Positions 1 through 7,704 of a stretch of 34,649 nucleotides of DNA are shown here, one piece after another; within the stretch, counting starts at the first letter, position 1, and the number at the start of each line of letters is the position of its first letter. Source of the stretch: Streptomyces sp. (lineage in GTDB: Bacteria > Actinomycetota > Actinomycetes > Streptomycetales > Streptomycetaceae); NCBI GenBank assembly GCA_035556995.1, contig DATMEI010000242.1, positions 1-34,649 on the forward strand. Reading direction: 5' to 3'. A program made the position numbers and the translations under genes. The notes under the pieces are model-generated. The model did not search any database. It saw only the letters and a program-made list of their open reading frames with translations, and had not been told where the DNA came from.

Positions 1-579
1 TTCATCACCCTGTTCGTGATCATGGATCCGCCCGGCATCACACCGATCTTCCTCGCACTGACGTCCGGCCGACCGGTCAAGGTGCAGCGCAGAATGGCGC
101 TGCAGGCGACGGCCGTGGCCTTCGGAGTCATCGCCGTCTTCGGCCTGTGCGGCCAGCAGATCCTCGACTATCTGCACGTTTCCGTGCCCGCACTGATGGT
201 CGCCGGCGGTCTGCTGCTTCTCCTCGTCGCGCTCGACCTGCTGACCGGGAAGGCAGACGAGCCCTCCCAGACGAAGGACGTCAACGCCGCGCTCGTACCG
301 CTGGGCATGCCGCTCCTGGCGGGGCCCGGCGCCATCGTCTCCGTCATCCTCGCCGTGCAGAACGCGGACGGCGTCGGCGGACACGTCTCGGTGTGGGTGG
401 CGATCCTCGCCATCCACGTGGCGCTGTGGCTGGTGATGCGCTATTCGCTGCTGGTCATCCGGGTCATCAAGGACGGCGGTGTGGTGCTCGTGACCCGCTT
501 GTCGGGCATGCTGCTGTCAGCCATCGCCGTGCAGCAGATAGCCAACGGCGTCGAGCAGTTCATCACCGGCAAGGTCTGA
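1..579 (+). CDS. MarC family (UPF0056) integral membrane protein, 5'-truncated by the window edge
   Basis: Frame is open from base 1 (FITLFVIMDPPG...). MarC-type motifs 'MDPPG' and 'VPLGMPLLAGPGAI', about six hydrophobic segments, stop TGA at 577-579. Confidence 0.9.
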   Translation, partial: FITLFVIMDPPGITPIFLALTSGRPVKVQRRMALQATAVAFGVIAVFGLCGQQILDYLHVSVPALMVAGGLLLLLVALDLLTGKADEPSQTKDVNAALVPLGMPLLAGPGAIVSVILAVQNADGVGGHVSVWVAILAIHVALWLVMRYSLLVIRVIKDGGVVLVTRLSGMLLSAIAVQQIANGVEQFITGKV

Positions 580-637
580 CCTCAGCGGGTCATCGCGGGG
601 CGTCGGCGGCATTGACGGCGTCGGCGGCAGCGGCGGG

Positions 638-1567
638 TCATCCGCGCACTCCGCTCCAGAAGTCCGCCATCGCGCGGGCCGTCTCCTCCGGGCGTTCCGC
701 ATTGGGCGAGTGCCCGGCCCCCTCCACGACGGTACGGGCGGCGCCGAGCCGTACGGCCATGTCGTCCAGCAGCGGCACCGGCCACGCGTAGTCGACCGAC
801 CCGGACAGCACATGCACGGGAAGCGGCGATTCTCCGGAGCCCGTACGTGAGACCGCTGCGGCGAGCTCGTCGACCCGGTCGGGCTCCGCGATCAACTGCT
901 GTGCAGTCGACATCAGTTGCTCCGGTACGTGCGCCATCCAGCGCCGGTGCATGAACTCGGCCACCTCGGGCGACGTCTGCTCATCGGCCGCCTCGACGGG
1001 GTCCAGTTCGCGCATCGCCTGCCAGATCTCCTCCATCCCCATCACCGGCATCGCACCCAACAGCAGCTTCAGACGGTGCTGTTGGCCCGCGGAGACGGCT
1101 GACGGGCCGCTGCTCAGGAGGGTGAGGGAGGCGAAGGGCGCGGCGTCGCGCAGCACAGCGGTCCGGGAGATGAGACCACCCAGCGAGTGCCCCAGCAGAT
1201 GCACCTTCTGGTGCGTCCCTCCGCGTTGCCCGTCGTGCCGTTCACCGTCCGCATCGCTGTGCCGCAAGGCCTCCGTCAGGGCCAGTACGTCCCGGGCGAG
1301 CTCTGTCTGCGCGTACGCCGGCTCGCTGCGCGGCCCGCCCGTCTCGTACTGCCCGCGTCCGTCGACTGCCAGGGCCCTGTAACCCGCGAGGGCCAGAGGC
1401 TCCAGCAGAGCGATGAAGTCCTCCTTGCTGCCCGTGAAACCGGGCAGCAGCAGCGCCGTACCGAGGCGGGGTTCGCCCGCGTCGTGCACGGCGAACTCGC
1501 CGCGCGCAGTGGCAAGTCGGTACGCGCTGACCGCTGGCGGCAGACCGAGAAACGGCGGCTTGCTCAT
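638..1567 (-). CDS. Alpha/beta-fold hydrolase
   Basis: LPGFTGS oxyanion loop, DGRGQYET, nucleophile elbow GHSLG, C-terminal GAGHSP histidine motif. Confidence 0.9.
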   Translation of the reverse strand: MSKPPFLGLPPAVSAYRLATARGEFAVHDAGEPRLGTALLLPGFTGSKEDFIALLEPLALAGYRALAVDGRGQYETGGPRSEPAYAQTELARDVLALTEALRHSDADGERHDGQRGGTHQKVHLLGHSLGGLISRTAVLRDAAPFASLTLLSSGPSAVSAGQQHRLKLLLGAMPVMGMEEIWQAMRELDPVEAADEQTSPEVAEFMHRRWMAHVPEQLMSTAQQLIAEPDRVDELAAAVSRTGSGESPLPVHVLSGSVDYAWPVPLLDDMAVRLGAARTVVEGAGHSPNAERPEETARAMADFWSGVRG

Positions 1568-1579
1568 GCGAGGACGCTA
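1568..1579 (-). promoter_or_regulatory. Putative -10 element (TAGCGT) 6 nt before the ATG, probable leaderless transcript
   Basis: Minus strand reads TAGCGT-cctcgc-ATG with no Shine-Dalgarno. TANNNT matches the principal-sigma -10. Confidence 0.55.
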
Positions 1580-1624
1580 CCGCCTCGGTGGTGCCCCGAC
1601 CTGCCGGACGGTCCCGGGCAGCAC

Positions 1625-1658
1625 CGAGGCCCGGTCCCCCGCGGGGTTCCGGGCCTCG
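1625..1658 (-). terminator. Hairpin downstream of the DEAD-box helicase
   Basis: Inverted repeat CGAGGCCCGG ... CCGGGCCTCG about 45 nt after the helicase stop. Confidence 0.55.
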
Positions 1659-1702
1659 ATCGCGTTGCTGAGAGCCGGCCGGAGACCGGCCGGTGAAACA
1701 GG

Positions 1703-3433
1703 TCAGCCCTCCGGGGTCGCCTTCGGCTCCTGTGCTGCCTTCGCGCCACCACTGCGGGTGCGGCGACGACGGCTGGGCTTGGCGTCCGCGTCGGCCGCCG
1801 AGTCCGGCTGCCGGCCCGTAGCAGTTGCGGTAGCAGTCGCCGTGGCCGTGCTGGTGGTGGCCTTCTCGCCGGCCGCTGCCGTGCCCTCCTGCGTCCGCGC
1901 AGCCGATCCCGCGCCCCCGCCCGTACGCGTGCGACGGCGGCGCCGGGGCTTGCGGGCCCCGCCGTCCTCGTTCGCGGGGGAGGGCGTGACCGCACCGCTG
2001 TCGGCCGCCTCCGCCCCGTCGATCGGCTCACCGTTGCGCATACGGCGACGCTGCCGCGGCGGCCGGGCGCGCTTGGGACGCTCCTCCGCCTGCTCCGCCG
2101 CCGGTGCGCCACCACGTCCGTTGCCGCTGCGGCCGGGGCCGCGCCCCGTCTCGCCCAGGTCCTCGACCTGCTCGGCCGAGAGGCCCGCGCGGGTGCGCTC
2201 GTTGCGCGGCAGGACACCCTTCGTGCCCGAGGGGATGCCCAGCGCCTCGTAGAGATGCGCGGAGGTGGAATAGGTCTCTTCCGGGTCCGGGAGGCCCAGC
2301 TCCAGCGCCTTGTTGATCAGCTGCCAGCGGGGGATGTCGTCCCAGTCGACGAGAGTCACGGCCGTACCTGAAGCGCCCGCACGGCCCGTACGCCCGATGC
2401 GGTGCAGGTAGGTCTTCTCGTCCTCCGGCGTCTGGTAGTTGATGACGTGCGTCACGTTGTCGACGTCGATGCCGCGCGCAGCCACGTCCGTGCAGACCAG
2501 GACGTCGACCTTGCCGTTGCGGAACGCGCGCAGCGCCTGCTCGCGCGCCCCCTGGCCCAGGTCCCCGTGGACCGCACCGGAGGCGAAGCCGCGCCGGAGG
2601 AGCTGCTCCGCCACGTCGGCCGCGGTCCGCTTCGTACGGCAGAAGATCATCGCGAGCTCGCGGGTCTCGGCCTGGAGGATCCGGGCCACCATCTCCTGCT
2701 TGTCCATGGAGTGGGCACGGAAGGCGTGCTGTGTGGTGTTCGCCACGGTCTGGCCCACGTCGTCCGGCTCGGAGGCACGGATGTGTGTGGGCTGGGTCAT
2801 GTACCGCCGGGCGAGCGAGATGACCTGGCCGGGCATGGTCGCCGAGAAAAGCATGGTCTGGCGCTTGGCCGGCAACATCTGGATGATCTTCTCGACGTCC
2901 GGGAGGAAGCCCAGGTCGAGCATTTCGTCGGCCTCGTCCAGGACGAGCGTCCGTACGTCGGACAGGCTCAGCTTCCGCTGGCCTGCCAGGTCGAGCAGCC
3001 GCCCGGGGGTGCCGACGACGACGTCGACGCCCTTCCTGAGGGCCTCGACCTGCGGTTCGTACGCGCGGCCGCCGTAGATCGACAGCACGCGGACGTTACG
3101 GACCTTGCCCGCGGTCAGCAGGTCGTTCGTCACCTGCTGGCACAGCTCGCGCGTCGGGACGACGATCAGGGCCTGTGGGGAGTCGGTGAGCGATTCCGGT
3201 GCGGCCCGTCCGTGTTCGACGTCGGCGGGGACGGTGACGGCTTCCAGGAGCGGGAGGCCGAAGCCCAGCGTCTTGCCGGTGCCGGTCTTCGCCTGGCCGA
3301 TGACGTCGCCGCCTGCGAGGGCGACGGGCAGGGTCATCTCCTGGATGGGGAAGGGAGTGCTGATGCCGACGGCTTCAAGTGCCTCGGCTGTCTCGGAAAG
3401 AATTCCGAGATCTCGGAACGTCGTGGTGGTCAG
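1703..3433 (-). CDS. DEAD-box RNA helicase (RhlE-like), probable CTG start at 3433
   Basis: Q motif (FRDLG...PFPIQ), AKTGTGKT, PTRELC, GG, TPGRLLD, DEAD, SAT, RGID, HRIGRTGR, then an Arg-rich disordered tail. The Q motif lies upstream of the first ATG (3337). In-frame CTG at 3431-3433 has SD AGAAGAGG 8 nt upstream, and an in-frame TGA at 3491-3493 closes the frame. Confidence 0.93.
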   Translation of the reverse strand: MTTTTFRDLGILSETAEALEAVGISTPFPIQEMTLPVALAGGDVIGQAKTGTGKTLGFGLPLLEAVTVPADVEHGRAAPESLTDSPQALIVVPTRELCQQVTNDLLTAGKVRNVRVLSIYGGRAYEPQVEALRKGVDVVVGTPGRLLDLAGQRKLSLSDVRTLVLDEADEMLDLGFLPDVEKIIQMLPAKRQTMLFSATMPGQVISLARRYMTQPTHIRASEPDDVGQTVANTTQHAFRAHSMDKQEMVARILQAETRELAMIFCRTKRTAADVAEQLLRRGFASGAVHGDLGQGAREQALRAFRNGKVDVLVCTDVAARGIDVDNVTHVINYQTPEDEKTYLHRIGRTGRAGASGTAVTLVDWDDIPRWQLINKALELGLPDPEETYSTSAHLYEALGIPSGTKGVLPRNERTRAGLSAEQVEDLGETGRGPGRSGNGRGGAPAAEQAEERPKRARPPRQRRRMRNGEPIDGAEAADSGAVTPSPANEDGGARKPRRRRRTRTGGGAGSAARTQEGTAAAGEKATTSTATATATATATGRQPDSAADADAKPSRRRRTRSGGAKAAQEPKATPEG

Positions 3434-3704
3434 GATGCTGGCCTCTTCTGTGTGACGCGCGATGAGGCGGCGAGGAGGGTCGTACCGCAGTCACCGGGGG
3501 CGGCGCCTTGCCGGCCCGCCGGACTGTGCGGGACCACTGGCTCTCGCTCAAGCGCTCTTCACGCGAGCGGTCCCTCATGGTCACGGGACGTGTGGGGAAC
3601 ACGCGCCACGCGGAGGGCGGTCGGGTTCGGAGCCGATCGGGCCTCCGACCGGGCATCCGCAGTCTTGCGTACATGCATCCCGCCAGTTGGCGGGAGCCAA
3701 TATC

Positions 3705-3710
3705 ACTGTA
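3705..3710 (-). promoter_or_regulatory. Candidate -10 (TACAGT) for the helicase, implying a ~265-nt 5' leader
   Basis: TANNNT in the AT-richer part of the divergent intergenic region, followed by a GC hairpin at 3678-3695. Confidence 0.4.
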
Positions 3711-3822
3711 CCCCGGATCCGCGCATGTGTACCGGGGCGATTGTTGTGTACGAGTTTCCTGTGGCCGGGGAGGCCTGGCCAAGAGGGCCTGGCGGCCAGG
3801 TGAGGCGGATATCGTGCTGGGC

Positions 3823-4551
3823 ATGGAGACGCCTGAGAAGACCCCCGCCGAGCACACCGGTATCGCCACCCAGAACTGGGAAGAGGCGTCCGCCGACCCG
3901 ACGTACAGGGCGGCGGTCGTGGATCTGCTGGGGGCCCTGGCCTACGGGGAGCTCGCCGCCTTCGAACGGCTGGCGGAGGACGCGAAGCTGGCACCCACCC
4001 TGGCTGACAAGGCAGAACTGGCATCCATGGCGTCCGCCGAGTTCCAGCATTTCGCTCAGCTGCGGGAGCGGCTTTCGGTGATCGAGGCCGAGCCGACCGA
4101 GGCCATGCAGCCCTTCGCGGCACCTCTCGACGAGTTCCACCGCCAGACCGCGCCCTCGGACTGGCTGGAAGGGCTGATCAAGGCATACGTGGGGGATTCC
4201 ATCGCCTCGGACTTCTACCGCGAGGTGGCCGCCCGGCTGGACTCCGACACCCGGGCCCTGGTGCTGGGTGTGCTGGACGACACAGGCCACTCGAGCTTCG
4301 CCGTGGAGAAGGTACGGGCCGCCATCGAGGCCGATCCGAGGGTCGGCGGGAGGCTCGCGCTGTGGGCCCGGCGCCTGATGGGAGAGGCCCTCTCGCAGGC
4401 GCAGCGCGTGGTCGCCGACCGGGACGCGCTCTCGACGATGCTGGTGGGCGGGCTTGCGGACGGCTTCGACCTGGCGGAGGTGGGCAAGATGTTCTCGCGG
4501 ATCACCGAGGCGCACACCAAGCGGATGGCGGCGCTGGGCCTGGCGGCGTGA
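3823..4551 (+). CDS. Ferritin-like fold protein (MiaE_2-like), probably leaderless
   Basis: LLGALAYGELAAFERLAEDA, EFQH, DFYRE, DTGH helical-bundle motifs. Start moved from 3508 to ATG 3823, which has TATCGT (3810-3815) 7 nt upstream. Confidence 0.85.
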   Translation: METPEKTPAEHTGIATQNWEEASADPTYRAAVVDLLGALAYGELAAFERLAEDAKLAPTLADKAELASMASAEFQHFAQLRERLSVIEAEPTEAMQPFAAPLDEFHRQTAPSDWLEGLIKAYVGDSIASDFYREVAARLDSDTRALVLGVLDDTGHSSFAVEKVRAAIEADPRVGGRLALWARRLMGEALSQAQRVVADRDALSTMLVGGLADGFDLAEVGKMFSRITEAHTKRMAALGLAA

Positions 4552-4724
4552 CGAAGACCTGAAGGAGACCTCGGGGGAGGTCGTGGGCTGACGCCCGGAC
4601 GGGTGACGGCCGGGTGCGGTCCGGGCTTGACCTTTTCAACATGTCCCCGGACAAACGCGTTGGACTGTGGGGCAGTTGGGCCGCCGCTGGCCTGTTGCGC
4701 CACCGGGCGGGCTGCGCGTACGTA

Positions 4725-4754
4725 CCCGTCGGCGTCTGAACGTACGCCGACGGG
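4725..4754. terminator. 11-bp inverted repeat between convergent genes
   Basis: CCCGTCGGCGT ... ACGCCGACGGG just beyond the stop of the 4762-5052 gene. Further hairpins at 4567-4582 and 4593-4626. Confidence 0.55.
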
Positions 4755-4761
4755 GCATTGT

Positions 4762-5052
4762 TCAGACCCTCGGCGGGCTCACCACATTCGCGGGCATGCG
4801 GTGCGACGGGCGGACGTTCTCACCGAGCAGCAGTGAGAGGATCGCCACACTCACCGCCACTGCGACTGCCAGCGTCACGAGGGTGTGCCCGCTGCCCAGT
4901 ACGACCCTGGAGATGAGCCCGCCCATCAGCGCGGCAGCCGGGCCGGTCACGAGAACCAGCGGACGATTGGGAAGTCGCTCGGGCAGCTGCCGGGTCGCGG
5001 CGTAGGCGATGACGAGTCCGAGGGCCGTGGCGCCGAGTGCCTCCCAGATCAT
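4762..5052 (-). CDS. Small membrane protein (96 aa, about 3 TM), function unknown
   Basis: Strong SD GGAGGAGG before ATG 5052 (MIWEALGATALGLVIAY...), three hydrophobic segments. The longer ORF-track version overlaps DUF3107 and is rejected. Confidence 0.75.
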   Translation of the reverse strand: MIWEALGATALGLVIAYAATRQLPERLPNRPLVLVTGPAAALMGGLISRVVLGSGHTLVTLAVAVAVSVAILSLLLGENVRPSHRMPANVVSPPRV

Positions 5053-5188
5053 GGGACCTCCTCCGGTTACGGCCGACTGTGCAGTCCGGTCGCTCCCGTA
5101 CTCCCCGTGTGGCACACACGTGAAACGACGGCCCCCCGAAAGATTCGGGAAGCCGCCGCCGTATCGGACGTCTACCTCGTCCGGACAC

Positions 5189-5419
5189 TCAGATGGTGCC
5201 GAACCCCACCTTGCGGCTGGTGTGTTCACCGATCTCGACGTAGGCGACGCGCCCCGCCGGAACCAGGATCTTGCGACCGTGCTCGTCCGCCAGGTTGAGC
5301 ATGTTCGAGCCGCCTTCGGCCAGTGCCGCCGACACCGCACTCTCGACTTCCTCGGGAGACTGCTTGCTCTCGAAGACGATCTCGCGGGGCGCGTGCTGCA
5401 CGCCGATCTTGACCTCCAC
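5189..5419 (-). CDS. DUF3107 family small protein
   Basis: MEVKIGVQHAPREI...LADEHGRKILVP...YVEIG...RKVGF signature, SD GGAGGG before GTG. Confidence 0.9.
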   Translation of the reverse strand: MEVKIGVQHAPREIVFESKQSPEEVESAVSAALAEGGSNMLNLADEHGRKILVPAGRVAYVEIGEHTSRKVGFGTI

Positions 5420-5517
5420 GGCTATGTCCCTCCGAACGGTCAGTTGATTACGCGGTCAGCCGCGCTGTACGGAGCACACATTAGCCGGACACGAGCCCGG
5501 TCAGGTGTCTGCCTCCG

Positions 5518-5556
5518 CACGCCCGCAGCGAACACCTCACGCCCGCAGCGAACACC
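5518..5556. repeat. 19-bp direct repeat, two copies
   Basis: CACGCCCGCAGCGAACACC at 5518-5536 and 5538-5556. Confidence 0.9.
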
Positions 5557-5588
5557 GGCAGGCTTCGTCCACACGTGCCCGTACAGCG

Positions 5589-6212
5589 TCACTGCATGGG
5601 GAAGCCGGCGATGCCCCGCCAGGACAGGGACGAGATCAGCTTGGCCGCCGCGTCGCGCGGAATCGGCTGTCCCGAACCGAGCCAGAAGCGTGCGGTGATC
5701 TGTGCCATTCCGCACAGGCCCACCGCGAGCAGCATCGACTGCTCCCGTGGCAGCTTGGTGTCCTCGGAGATGACCTCGCTGACCGCTTCGGCGCAGTCCA
5801 GGCTGACTCTGTCCACCCGCTCGCGTACGGCGGGCTCGTTGGTGAGGTCGGACTCGAAGACGAGCCGGAAGGCACCACCTTCGTCCTCGACGTAGGCGAA
5901 GTACGCGTCCATGGTCGCCGCGACGCGGTACTTGTTGTCGGTGGTCGAGGCGAGTGCGGCCCTCACTGCCTGGAGCAGCGAGTCGCAGTGCTGGTCCAGC
6001 AGGGCCAGATAGAGGTCGAGTTTGCCGGGAAAGTGCTGGTAGAGCACGGGCTTGCTGACGCCCGCCCGGTCGGCGATGTCGTCCATGGCCGCCGCGTGGT
6101 AGCCCTGCGCGACGAATACTTCCTGGGCTGCACCCAGCAATTGGTTGCGTCGGGCCCGGCGCGGCAGGCGCGTGCCGCGAGGGCGCGCCTCAGTTTGGTC
6201 GATGGCTGACAC
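5589..6212 (-). CDS. TetR/AcrR family transcriptional regulator
   Basis: HTH 'GYHAAAMDDIADRAGVSKPVLYQHFPGKLDLY'. Start placed at GTG 6212 behind SD GGGAGG. Confidence 0.93.
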   Translation of the reverse strand: MSAIDQTEARPRGTRLPRRARRNQLLGAAQEVFVAQGYHAAAMDDIADRAGVSKPVLYQHFPGKLDLYLALLDQHCDSLLQAVRAALASTTDNKYRVAATMDAYFAYVEDEGGAFRLVFESDLTNEPAVRERVDRVSLDCAEAVSEVISEDTKLPREQSMLLAVGLCGMAQITARFWLGSGQPIPRDAAAKLISSLSWRGIAGFPMQ

Positions 6213-6336
6213 GCCGCCTCCCTGATCAGTCTCTCTGCGCGCGGAATGCGCTGCGCCCGCCATCGTACTTTTCGGTAACCGCGGTGTGACTGCTGCGGGC
6301 CGATAATTTCAGCGGGCAGGTGGCACAACGGGCGCT

Positions 6337-6567
6337 TTATCGGTACTCATCCTCGTTCAGTTCCACGACACGCGCCTGCTCGGCAGCGTCTGCGGGGTCG
6401 ACCTCCATGTCGTCGCGGCCGGTGATCGGCTCATCGCGCTGGCGGAGCAGGTCGGCATGTTGCTCGGCGGCGTCCTCGGGCGGAGCTTCGATCCCGGCCG
6501 GCACGTCGTCCGGTTCCTCCTCGTATCCGTCTTCGAAGTTGTCCGGGTCGATCGGGTCAACAGACAT
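6337..6567 (-). CDS. Small acidic hypothetical protein (76 aa)
   Basis: SD-like GGGGAG, strong GC3 bias, repeated 'DAAEQ' motif, ends EDEYR. Confidence 0.75.
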   Translation of the reverse strand: MSVDPIDPDNFEDGYEEEPDDVPAGIEAPPEDAAEQHADLLRQRDEPITGRDDMEVDPADAAEQARVVELNEDEYR

Positions 6568-6630
6568 GCTCGCTCCCCTTTCCAGGACAGACGCCTCTTA
6601 TTCGAGGCTACGACCTGACCAGGGCCGTGG

Positions 6631-6646
6631 TGTGACTGCGAACACA
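6631..6646. promoter_or_regulatory. CRP-like site TGTGA-N6-ACACA in a divergent promoter region
   Basis: One mismatch to TGTGA-N6-TCACA, centred about 43 nt upstream of the leaderless ATG at 6682 (-10 TAACAT at 6670-6675). Confidence 0.35.
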
Positions 6647-6681
6647 TGGGGAGTCGTGTGATCGTCTCGTAACATTGCTCC

Positions 6682-7704
6682 ATGTCGTCGACCGAGCACC
6701 CGGGAGTTCCGAGCGCCGCAGAACCGGTGCCGCCCGCCGGTGCTCCGTCCGCCCACGAGGGCGAGATCCTCCGCTCGGTCTCTCTGCCCGGCCTGACCCT
6801 GAACGTACGCTCGCGTCCACCGGAGCGCGAGGGACTGCCGCCCGCGGTGTACGTGCACGGGCTCGGTGGTTCGTCGCTGAACTGGTCCGCGCTGATGCTG
6901 GAACTGTCCGGTGACGTCGACAGTGAGGCGCTCGACCTGCCGGGCTTCGGTCTGTCTCCGCCACCCGACGACGGCAACTACTCGGTTTCGGCGCACACGC
7001 GTGCCGTCATCCACTACCTGGAAGCCTGCGGACGCGCTCCCGTTCATCTCCTGGGGAACTCGCTCGGCGGTGCGGTGACCACGCGGGTGGCCGCGCTGCG
7101 CCCGGACCTCGTGCGCACCCTGTCGCTGGTCTCGCCCGCCCTGCCGGAGCTGCCGCCGCAGCGCACCGCCCTGCCCACGGCGCTGCTCGCGGTTCCCGGT
7201 GTCGCCGAGCTGTTCGGACGGCTGACGAGGGACTGGTCGGCGGAGCGGCGTACCAGAGAGGTGATGGCGCTGTGCTACGGCGACCCGGCACGCGTCTCGC
7301 CGGGGGGATTCGCCGCGGCGGTCAGGGAGTACGAGCGAAGGATGCGGCTGCCTTACTTCTGGGACGCTCTCGCGCGCTCTGCCCGCGGCATCGTCGACGC
7401 CTACACTCTGGGCGGTCAGCACTCGCTGTGGCGGCAGGCGGAACGCGTACTCGCACCGACGCTGCTGGTGTACGGCGGACGTGACCAGCTCGTGAGCTTC
7501 CGGATGGCACAACGCGCCGGTGCGGCCTTCCGGGACAGCCGGCTGCTGGCGTTGCCCGAGGCGGGACACGTGGCAATGATGGAGTACCCGGAGATCGTCG
7601 CGTGCGCTTTTCGTGAACTGCTTGTGGACACGGCTCGGTTGACGGGCCATACCGCGGTGGGCAAGGCTTCGCCCTCGACCCCCGTACACCCGAAAGGTGA
7701 CTAG
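6682..7704 (+). CDS. Alpha/beta-fold hydrolase
   Basis: VHGLGGS, DLPGFGLS, GNSLGG nucleophile elbow, GGRDQLV, AGHVAM. Stop overlaps the next GTG. Confidence 0.92.
   Translation: MSSTEHPGVPSAAEPVPPAGAPSAHEGEILRSVSLPGLTLNVRSRPPEREGLPPAVYVHGLGGSSLNWSALMLELSGDVDSEALDLPGFGLSPPPDDGNYSVSAHTRAVIHYLEACGRAPVHLLGNSLGGAVTTRVAALRPDLVRTLSLVSPALPELPPQRTALPTALLAVPGVAELFGRLTRDWSAERRTREVMALCYGDPARVSPGGFAAAVREYERRMRLPYFWDALARSARGIVDAYTLGGQHSLWRQAERVLAPTLLVYGGRDQLVSFRMAQRAGAAFRDSRLLALPEAGHVAMMEYPEIVACAFRELLVDTARLTGHTAVGKASPSTPVHPKGD

Noticed and set aside
3375-3674. 99-aa out-of-frame ORF in the helicase leader overlapping the CTG start (possible uORF or frameshift entry)
   Set aside because: No clear GC3 bias or slippery site. 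The SD plus CTG explains the helicase N-terminus more simply. It cannot be fully excluded without Ribo-seq.
3508-3822. N-terminal extensions given by the ORF track (also 5053-5340, 15303-15440, 19735-20010, 24147-24251, 30693-30806, 33544-33720)
   Set aside because: They overlap promoters, terminators or other genes and lack family homology. Better SD-led or leaderless starts lie downstream.
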